The notes under the pieces were generated by a model. The model was not told where the DNA came from. It saw only the letters and a program-made list of their open reading frames with translations, and did not search any database. Below, piece by piece: positions 57,008 through 64,000 of a stretch of DNA of 64,000 bases; the first letter of the stretch is position 1; every line of letters begins with the position of its first letter. Source of the DNA: Leptospiraceae bacterium (GTDB lineage: Bacteria > Spirochaetota > Leptospiria > Leptospirales > Leptospiraceae). Made by a program: the position numbers and the translations under genes. The stretch lies in the NCBI GenBank assembly GCA_024233865.1, contig JACKPA010000012.1, positions 64,001-128,000 on the forward strand. Reading direction: 5' to 3'.

Positions 57008-60000
57008 TGCAAACAATGGGTAATTCTCAAAAAGGTATCGACTACTGCTCCGCAACGAATTTGAAAGACTTAGCGGATAATTTTATTCAAAAATCGCTTT
57101 CCTCCAAAAAAAAGGTGGAAGAAATCCTAAAACCCCACTTTGTTATTGTCCAAAATCGAAACATTCGCAAATGGCTTTATCTGGAAATTGGAAAAAAGCA
57201 GGGAATTGCAACTAATTTTGACTTTCATTATTTTGAACCTGGTTTATTCCAAATTTTATCCGACTTCACCCCTCAAAACCAATATGAGTATTTGGATACT
57301 ACACACTTCAAGCTATTTGTTATTTCCGCATTGCAAAACATTTCCAAACAAAAAGGTACAAATTTCAAGCGTTTTTTTTCCTATCTGCATTTGTCGGACA
57401 CTACCAAACGACCGGATTTTGCTCCCAGAATTTATCAGCTCTCATCCATGTTGTCCCGGTACTACAGAGAATACGAACTCCATTACCATTTAACAACCGA
57501 AACTTCCTTAACAAAAGTCAATCAGTTGAATTCTAATAGCAAGCTTTATGAAGAAGAGATGTTGATCTACAACGCCATTTTTCAAAAGGATGGACTCAGA
57601 GACAAATTTGGTAAATTTTATGGGAAAAAATTACTTACTCTACCTCAACTCAAAAATGAAGTTTTTTCCAATCCCTCTTTGGAATCTAACTCCAGATACA
57701 ATACAATTACGATTTTTGCTCTTCCTCAGGTGTCGAGTTTCCACTATGACTTGATTCAAAAACTCTCCAATTTCTATCAAATCAACGTATACCAAATCAA
57801 CCCTATTTATGCCTTTGAGATTCCCAAAGATGCCACAGCACAGAACATTCAAGAAAACAAGAGTTTGTTATATTTATGGGGAAAACCTTATTCGGACGGA
57901 GTTGAGATTTTAAGGAACTATCCAAATATTATTCCTCAGATAAAAACACAATCCGAAGTAAAACTACCCAAGCAGGAAAAACTCCTATCGTATTTGCAAT
58001 TTGCCATTCAAACCAAACAATATGATTACGAGATAAGTGTGCCACAAGACGATAGCTTACAAATTTTGTCTTGTCCTGGAATTTACCGGGAAGTAGAAAC
58101 TGTATACCAAAGTATTCTCACCAATATGAACCAGGACAAAGGATTAAAACTGACGGATATCGCCATACTTACAACGGATATGCAAAAATACAGCTCTACC
58201 TTACTGAGTGTTTTTCAAGGCAAAGTAGAATCAAACATAACTTTTAACATAAACGACTCCAATGCAAAAAAGGATAGTGTTTATGGAAACGCTGTTTTGT
58301 CCATTCTCAAACTTTCTCAAGGAGAATTTACCAGAAAAGAAGTTTTTGAATTAATCAAGAATCCGTGTTTTATTGCGTCGGCTGGAATTGATAGGGAGGA
58401 TACGGATGTATGGTTATCCTTGGTAAACCAGTTAAACGTTTTCCATAGCTTTGATTCTAAAGATCGCTCTAATAAAGGTTATCCGAGTGGTGACATATAT
58501 AGCTGGAACCAGGCTTTTCAAAGGCTACGTTTGGGAAAAATGATAGATACGGATTTTATCAGACAAGACAACTATTTTTCTGACTTTGAAGGAATTGTTT
58601 CCTACCAGAACTTTAACAGTTTGGGAAACGGGCAATTGGGAAAGTTTTTTGTGATTGTCGAAGATTTGTTCAAAAGGATAGAAAGGTTAAAAAAAGAATC
58701 AGGCAATTGGGACTCCAAAAATTGGAAACTCGAACTTGAATCACTTCTGGGCTCTTTTTTAAAAGTTCCGAATGACTACCAAGATGAGGCTATCATCTGT
58801 CAGACTCTTTATGATAGTTTGAACTATTTGGATATTTTTGATACAAAGGGGAATATTGACATCTCTTTTGTAATAGAATTTTTACAAGACTGCTTGGAAT
58901 CCATACCAACAAGCTCCGGAAACTATCTCACGGGAGGTATCACCATTGCTTCTTTGCTTCCTTTAAGACCTATTCCTTTTAAAATCATTTATATTCTGGG
59001 ATTGGGAGAAGGTCTTTTTCCTGGATCGGAAGACAATTCTCTTTTAAACTTGAAACCAGCTTTTCGTGCGTTAGGGGATATATCCAATCCCGAAAGAAAT
59101 ACTTATCTCTTCTTGGAAACCTTGCTATGTGCGGAAGAAAAACTTTATCTTCTGTACAATGCTTGGGATATTCAAAAAGATGAAGAAAAATACCCCTGTT
59201 CTGTTTTAAATCAACTCATAAGTTTTTTGGAAGAAAACATGTTAAAATGTGATTTTCAAAAAGTAAAAATTCCTTTAAAACCAAACGATCCCCTTTATTT
59301 TGACGTGTCAGCAACAGGGGAAATGAACCATACTGATGTTTTTCATGTTAGCTCCTTCCAAGAGAAACTCCTTTATCTTATAGAGAAAGCACCTAAAAAT
59401 TTTGATTGGAAAGATGTAGAAAATAAATACAGCCTAATCATTACACAAAATAAATGGAAACAAAACTTTGTTCCTCCTGTACCACATAACAATCTTAGTG
59501 AAAAAACGAGTGTTGGTCTCTATGAACTAAGAAAGTTTTTAGAAAATCCCATTGAAAGTAAGATGAATAGATACCTTGGAATTCGCAGCGGAGAAGAAGA
59601 AGACGTGTCTTTGGCAGAATCCGAGTCCTTTTTCTCTGATAATTTAACAAAATACCAAATTGCAATGGATTGTATCAACTATTACATACAGAGTGTAGAC
59701 TCCAAGAATAGAAACAATCCAAGTACAATGGAATTGTACATCGAATCTTTTTACAAACATCTAACTTTACAGAGCAAAACTCCGGAATCAAGCTTTGCGG
59801 AATTAGAAAAAAGCAATCTCAAAAAAGAACTATTACAAAGGATTTTCGAAAAGGAACTATCAGAACTTTTAAAAAAACTTGAAAGTGATTCCACCTTTTA
59901 TGCCAATATTAGCTTAGGAAATCCCCAAGGAAAAAGGAAGAAGTTTCTAATGTTCCAAGCAATCCAACTGCCACAATGGAATTTGGAAGTTCATGGAAGT

Positions 60001-60522
60001 GTTTCCAATTGTTTTGTAAACAAAGACCACATAGATATGCTGGTTGTTACAAACAGAAAAAGTTGGGATAACGGTATGTTAAAATTTATATTTGAGCCTT
60101 TTTTGTTTTATCTTTTTTGTTTATCCGGTTTTTCAAAAGAACTAACGTCCTTATTTGGCAAAGAAAACATCCATTTTTATATCTCTCATAAAGACGGCAT
60201 CCAAGAATTGTACTACCAATTCAGTAAAAAAGAAGCAAATGACTATCTATCCGAGCTACTAAATGACTTTACTCAACAGGATTCTTTTGATACAATCCCT
60301 TTTTCTGTCTTTGCACAAGAAAAAGGCTTAAACCCAAATTCGGAATTAGACGAGTCTACATATCGTAATCAATTGATAGAGAAAATCGAAACCGAGTCGG
60401 AAAATTCTTATAGCTTTACAGGTTTTCCGGAGTATATGGATTTGCTTCCGATTAATGTTCCAGTCAATGTCAAATCAATAATTCAAAAAAGGTTTGGAAA
60501 GATGTTTTCTTACGGTTCATGA
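57007..60522 (+). CDS. recC: Exodeoxyribonuclease V gamma subunit RecC-like
   Basis: The N-terminal stretch PHFVIVQNRNIRKWLYLEIGKKQGIATNFDFHYFEPGLF resembles E. coli RecC (ILVQS.GMAQWLQM..GIAANIDFPLPASF). A later motif, GGITIASLLPLRPIPFKIIYILGLGEGLFP, also matches RecC (MRSIPFKVVCLLGMNDGVYP). 1171 aa. Confidence 0.75.
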   Translation: MQTMGNSQKGIDYCSATNLKDLADNFIQKSLSSKKKVEEILKPHFVIVQNRNIRKWLYLEIGKKQGIATNFDFHYFEPGLFQILSDFTPQNQYEYLDTTHFKLFVISALQNISKQKGTNFKRFFSYLHLSDTTKRPDFAPRIYQLSSMLSRYYREYELHYHLTTETSLTKVNQLNSNSKLYEEEMLIYNAIFQKDGLRDKFGKFYGKKLLTLPQLKNEVFSNPSLESNSRYNTITIFALPQVSSFHYDLIQKLSNFYQINVYQINPIYAFEIPKDATAQNIQENKSLLYLWGKPYSDGVEILRNYPNIIPQIKTQSEVKLPKQEKLLSYLQFAIQTKQYDYEISVPQDDSLQILSCPGIYREVETVYQSILTNMNQDKGLKLTDIAILTTDMQKYSSTLLSVFQGKVESNITFNINDSNAKKDSVYGNAVLSILKLSQGEFTRKEVFELIKNPCFIASAGIDREDTDVWLSLVNQLNVFHSFDSKDRSNKGYPSGDIYSWNQAFQRLRLGKMIDTDFIRQDNYFSDFEGIVSYQNFNSLGNGQLGKFFVIVEDLFKRIERLKKESGNWDSKNWKLELESLLGSFLKVPNDYQDEAIICQTLYDSLNYLDIFDTKGNIDISFVIEFLQDCLESIPTSSGNYLTGGITIASLLPLRPIPFKIIYILGLGEGLFPGSEDNSLLNLKPAFRALGDISNPERNTYLFLETLLCAEEKLYLLYNAWDIQKDEEKYPCSVLNQLISFLEENMLKCDFQKVKIPLKPNDPLYFDVSATGEMNHTDVFHVSSFQEKLLYLIEKAPKNFDWKDVENKYSLIITQNKWKQNFVPPVPHNNLSEKTSVGLYELRKFLENPIESKMNRYLGIRSGEEEDVSLAESESFFSDNLTKYQIAMDCINYYIQSVDSKNRNNPSTMELYIESFYKHLTLQSKTPESSFAELEKSNLKKELLQRIFEKELSELLKKLESDSTFYANISLGNPQGKRKKFLMFQAIQLPQWNLEVHGSVSNCFVNKDHIDMLVVTNRKSWDNGMLKFIFEPFLFYLFCLSGFSKELTSLFGKENIHFYISHKDGIQELYYQFSKKEANDYLSELLNDFTQQDSFDTIPFSVFAQEKGLNPNSELDESTYRNQLIEKIETESENSYSFTGFPEYMDLLPINVPVNVKSIIQKRFGKMFSYGS

Positions 60523-60542
60523 TTGAACTCACCTTATATTAT

Positions 60543-61817
60543 TCAAAATTTAAACGAATAACTTATATTCAAACATCGTTCTCCAAGATTTGCTTTTCCA
60601 TACGATCTATAATCAAGTCCTATTGTCCAATGCTTTGTAGGATAATCGTTCGTTGATATCCTACCGTTGTTTTCATTTAAAGTTGTTAAACCGTCATAAA
60701 CATTAAAAAGATAAATAAGGGAAAAAAGTCCAATCGACAAATTCCTTTCTCCAGATTCTACTTTGGAAACATTGTTTTCAGCGTTCGTTCTATAGTTTAG
60801 TAGGTATAAGTTTCCCGGATCGTTTGTCTGAGGAGAATTGAAATTATAGAGCCCGAAAGCTTGATTGGCATTTTCATACTTTGTATAGGTTCTATTGTAA
60901 GGGGAAGTAGGGTAGTATCTATTGTAAACTTGGTAGTATCCGATTGCCAAAAACGAAGCGGTTGTAATTGCACTCGCTTTAAGTTTTTCACCTTTTTCCC
61001 ATTGAACATAGCCAGGCACAAGTGCTTTGTACCACTGAATGGAAGGTGGTTTTGGGTAGGCAAATGTCCGAAATTCCGTTAAATCTATACTGCCTTTCCC
61101 TTTGATATAACTGAGTGGAATTTGCTCGTATTTTAATTTATCAAAAATGTATTTGGATATTTCGCTATTTGTAACTTTGTTGTCCGTATCATAATCAGCT
61201 TCACCATTCAAGCCTTCAACAAGGTGTTTGGCAAACTTGCCCATGCTGCTTGAGTGGTCTTCACAGCTACATTTGCTAGGAGGTGTAGCGTAGAGCAAAG
61301 TTCTTGTTTTGTTTGCTTGTTCGGAGTTTAAACTGGGCCATTTGGATATTTCTTGATCTACACCTTTCCGAAAAGTATCAATTAGCAGTGTATAACCTTT
61401 AATTTTGGATTTGTCCAGATGGTTTATGATTTGTTTTAGGAGAATGTGTGTATCGGTCAAAGCCAAAGAGCCATTTTTCCCGTGGCCGGAAAAAAATATT
61501 AGAATCGAATCGTTTTCACTTGCCGTTTCTAAAATGCTTTCGAGCAAAGCTAAAACATTATCTTTGCGTGGATAATAGGCAGAATCGGTATTCATAATAT
61601 CTGTCATTTTGTAGGTTATTGTTGTTGGTTTCCCATATTTACTAAGAGTTGCAGTAAGATTATTGGCTTCATTTTGAGGGTAGTGCAAGGGGATATTTTT
61701 ATATTCGCCATAATGATACCTACCGATACCAATAATAATCGCATGGTTGATTCCGCTTTCTGCTAGTAAGGAAAATGAAAATAGCAATAAGGCAGAATAA
61801 AAGACTATTTTTCTCAT
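60543..61817 (-). CDS. Caspase-like (peptidase C14 fold) lipoprotein, probably catalytically inactive, with C-terminal beta-rich domain
   Basis: Signal peptide. HG motif FFSGHG is retained. The position of the catalytic Cys (D-A-C-R-G) reads LIDTFRKG, i.e. Cys replaced by Phe, in my manual alignment. Confidence 0.5.
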   Translation of the reverse strand: MRKIVFYSALLLFSFSLLAESGINHAIIIGIGRYHYGEYKNIPLHYPQNEANNLTATLSKYGKPTTITYKMTDIMNTDSAYYPRKDNVLALLESILETASENDSILIFFSGHGKNGSLALTDTHILLKQIINHLDKSKIKGYTLLIDTFRKGVDQEISKWPSLNSEQANKTRTLLYATPPSKCSCEDHSSSMGKFAKHLVEGLNGEADYDTDNKVTNSEISKYIFDKLKYEQIPLSYIKGKGSIDLTEFRTFAYPKPPSIQWYKALVPGYVQWEKGEKLKASAITTASFLAIGYYQVYNRYYPTSPYNRTYTKYENANQAFGLYNFNSPQTNDPGNLYLLNYRTNAENNVSKVESGERNLSIGLFSLIYLFNVYDGLTTLNENNGRISTNDYPTKHWTIGLDYRSYGKANLGERCLNISYSFKF

Positions 61818-62010
61818 TTGTATTTCGCTTTTTAGTAATGATAATTTTTCTTTTGTATTTAGCTATGATTTTTTTATTTAGGTGTAAAAAATATACCATG
61901 GGTAAAAAGACTTACAATTCGTTTATCGAGCTTAGCTGAAATAAACCTTATTTTATTGCTCATTTCGACAAGCTCAGGTGAGAGGTATCCTTAATTCATC
62001 AACATGCTTA

Positions 62011-62286
62011 TTATGTGGCACTAAAATTAAGTAACCAGCAAACAGTTCCCAAATCTTGATTTACTTTTACCTGTTTAAAATAATTCCAATCCTTTAGAGG
62101 TTCAAAAACACCTTCATAAACAATTAGTTTTTCTAAATTGATAACTCCCGAAATGCCATTTTCAAACTTTAAATAAGTAAGGATTTTCTTCTTAGTTTTA
62201 CATATATAATATCTACTAACATGTTTATACCAACCTTCTTCAATTTCTTGAGTTAGATTTATGGTTAGTGTTTTTTGTCTGCTCAT
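62011..62286 (-). CDS. Small hypothetical protein immediately downstream of the MTase
   Basis: 91 aa. Abuts the MTase stop with no gap. Confidence 0.3.
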   Translation of the reverse strand: MSRQKTLTINLTQEIEEGWYKHVSRYYICKTKKKILTYLKFENGISGVINLEKLIVYEGVFEPLKDWNYFKQVKVNQDLGTVCWLLNFSAT

Positions 62287-64000
62287 TTACCCTACTTTAA
62301 AAGTTTTGTTTTGTATGCCTCGATAATAATTATGGATTGTCGTTTTTTCTACGATGCTCATTTTCGGAAAACTGTCCAAGACTGTTAGCATCTCTTCTTC
62401 TGTAAGTCCATACAGATGGAACACCATTGCGTCGATCTGTGCTTCCCACTTGGAGGCCTCACCCCCGTCCCCTCTCCAATCTGGAGAGGGGAGTTGCTTT
62501 GCGGCAAGTATCTTGTCTACGAGGGTGATGAATGGCTTTTGCAAGTCTGAATTGTCGATTGGTGCTTTTGGGATTGGGAGTTGTTCAACATATTGAGTAA
62601 AAAATCTATATACATGGCTACCTAGTGAATTTGCTATTTTTTGGTAATAAAAATTTAACAAATTACTATTTAATATACCTAAAATATACTTTGAATTACT
62701 ATCTATGATATAAGATGTGTTATTAAAATAATAATTTTTTTCAACCATTGAGTACGAAACATTTTTAGATATATCCGGATATACAATTTTTGACTTTTCA
62801 AAAATAAAATAATAGTCACAATCCCTTAACTCCCACCAATAACTGCCTTGATCTAATCTTTCGTAAAGACCTTTTCCTTTTCCAATTCCAGAATCTCCAA
62901 GTTTTTTTAAATGATTGTAAATTTCAGGATAGGATTTTTTAAAAAACTGTTCCGGATTTTCATTTCTTCTATTTATGTTTGTCCACCCTGATGGTATTAA
63001 AATTAACCATAAATTATTCCATTCATAAGTATATCTGTGAATATCTCTCCCTCTTAAAATGGGTTTAATAATTTCATTGTTCTTTTTATCTTTTTTGCAA
63101 AGCAATTCTTTTGTTTCTGTATTAATGATAAATGCTTCATTAAAACCCGTTATAAGTCCCCTATAAATTTTTATACCTAAATCTTTTAATTTTACTCCTC
63201 CTTGTTCTATCTTCTTCTTTATATTTTGTTCCTTAAAATCTCCTAGAGAAAACGATGTATCCTCTAAATCATTTTGATTAATCAGATGACCTTCGATGTT
63301 AACATATTCTGGTATATTGAACTTATCGTAATCGGGTGAATCAATTGTTACAACACGTAATCCATTCGTAGGGACAGGTCTCAGACCTGTCCCTACATTC
63401 TCACGTTGAAATATCGTTACATTCGTATCCACCGTTGCAGATTCAAATACTTTTTGCCCTCCAAAATCTATAATTTGTAATAGCTTAGTTTTTGTCTTAA
63501 AAAATTTTCGTAAATTCTCTCCATAACGAGCTCGCATCCATTTATTACTTGTGATGAATGTTAAAACACCTTTATCTTTTAATAAATTAAATCCACTTTC
63601 ATAAAAATAAGTGTATAAATCGGAAATAGAATTAAAAACAGTATAATATTTTTGTAAAATAGGCTTAATTTCCTTAATAGATTCTTGTCTTACATACGGC
63701 GGATTTCCAATCACAACATCAAAGCCACCTTCCCCCCCAGCCCCCCGTGAACGGGGGGAGTTACTTGCGTTAGTTACTCCCCAGCTCGCGGGGGGCGGGG
63801 GGGAAATCCCAAACATGTGTTCAGGGTCGAACCAATCCGCAGATTTGAGTCTGTCGTAAGGATTCCATTCCGCAATCTTGCTAGCTGAATCTTTAGAAAA
63901 CTGATTTTTTAGAAGAAATTCAGAAATTTCTTTGCGTTTCTCTTTATCTTTCTCTCGCAGTTCTTTTTTCTCTTTATAAGTCCTTGCATCAAAGTGTTGT
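62287..64000 (-). CDS. Type IIG/PglX/MmeI-like N6-adenine DNA methyltransferase (N-terminus beyond window) carrying four in-frame palindromic insertions
   Basis: The reading frame stays open upstream of the listed Met to the window edge (..AEWNPYDRLKSADWFDPEHMFG..). Motif IV is FDVVIGNPPY. The C-terminus ends IDAMVFHLYGLTEEEMLTVLD, typical of Eco57I/MmeI/PglX-family enzymes. Palindromes at 62469-62491, 63368-63396 and 63741-63758, plus a G-run segment at 63781-63803, are all read in-frame. Confidence 0.65.
   Translation of the reverse strand, partial: QHFDARTYKEKKELREKDKEKRKEISEFLLKNQFSKDSASKIAEWNPYDRLKSADWFDPEHMFGISPPPPASWGVTNASNSPRSRGAGGEGGFDVVIGNPPYVRQESIKEIKPILQKYYTVFNSISDLYTYFYESGFNLLKDKGVLTFITSNKWMRARYGENLRKFFKTKTKLLQIIDFGGQKVFESATVDTNVTIFQRENVGTGLRPVPTNGLRVVTIDSPDYDKFNIPEYVNIEGHLINQNDLEDTSFSLGDFKEQNIKKKIEQGGVKLKDLGIKIYRGLITGFNEAFIINTETKELLCKKDKKNNEIIKPILRGRDIHRYTYEWNNLWLILIPSGWTNINRRNENPEQFFKKSYPEIYNHLKKLGDSGIGKGKGLYERLDQGSYWWELRDCDYYFIFEKSKIVYPDISKNVSYSMVEKNYYFNNTSYIIDSNSKYILGILNSNLLNFYYQKIANSLGSHVYRFFTQYVEQLPIPKAPIDNSDLQKPFITLVDKILAAKQLPSPDWRGDGGEASKWEAQIDAMVFHLYGLTEEEMLTVLDSFPKMSIVEKTTIHNYYRGIQNKTFKVG

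Noticed and set aside
62011-64000. Declaring a BREX or complete restriction-modification system at the window end
   Set aside because: Only the C-terminal two-thirds of one MTase plus a 91-aa ORF are visible. No nuclease, PglZ or BrxC partners are in the window, so system type cannot be assigned.

Overview
AT-rich (~35-37% GC) spirochaete-like window, most consistent with Leptospira: N-x-C lipoboxes, many MBOAT/AlgI paralogs, caspase-like and MORN lipoproteins. Gene calls rest on reading motifs in the supplied translations; no database search was run. Housekeeping genes (EpmA/LysRS-like, MeaB, MetF, photolyase, ferrochelatase, AdhE, RecC) are interleaved with accessory material. (1) Two ParA/ParB pairs lie on the same replicon. 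The first is followed by two perfect palindromes sharing a TGATTAAATTTAATCA core and a winged-HTH Rep-like gene, making a plasmid/secondary-chromosome-like rep-par module, and then by an 838-aa protein with discoidin domains and phage-tail-fibre repeats. (2) A four-gene translationally coupled cluster encodes a lipoprotein, an MrfA-like DExH helicase with DUF1998 Cys cluster, a YprB/MrfB-like DEDD exonuclease and an HhH DNA-binding protein. (3) A decayed Rhs/SpvB toxin locus retains its C-terminal toxin tip and candidate immunity genes, next to a Uma2 endonuclease. (4) A SiaB/SiaC-like partner-switch cluster (STAS + kinase + DUF1987) sits next to a cNMP-binding protein. (5) Two families of short palindromic repeats are dispersed through the window. 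One is a 'GGTTCGACTACGCTCACC...TGAGCGTAGTCGAA' element. The other is a G/C-rich hairpin, e.g. CCCCCCGTGAACGGGGGG. Several copies are inserted in-frame inside intact coding genes: four palindromes inside one Type IIG/PglX-like N6-adenine methyltransferase gene, one in a polytopic membrane protein, one in an MBOAT gene. This behaviour resembles Rickettsia palindromic elements. There are also long homopolymeric G/C tracts (C11, C9) inside coding sequences, which are candidate phase-variation switches. No rRNA, tRNA, CRISPR, transposase or integrase was recognised.
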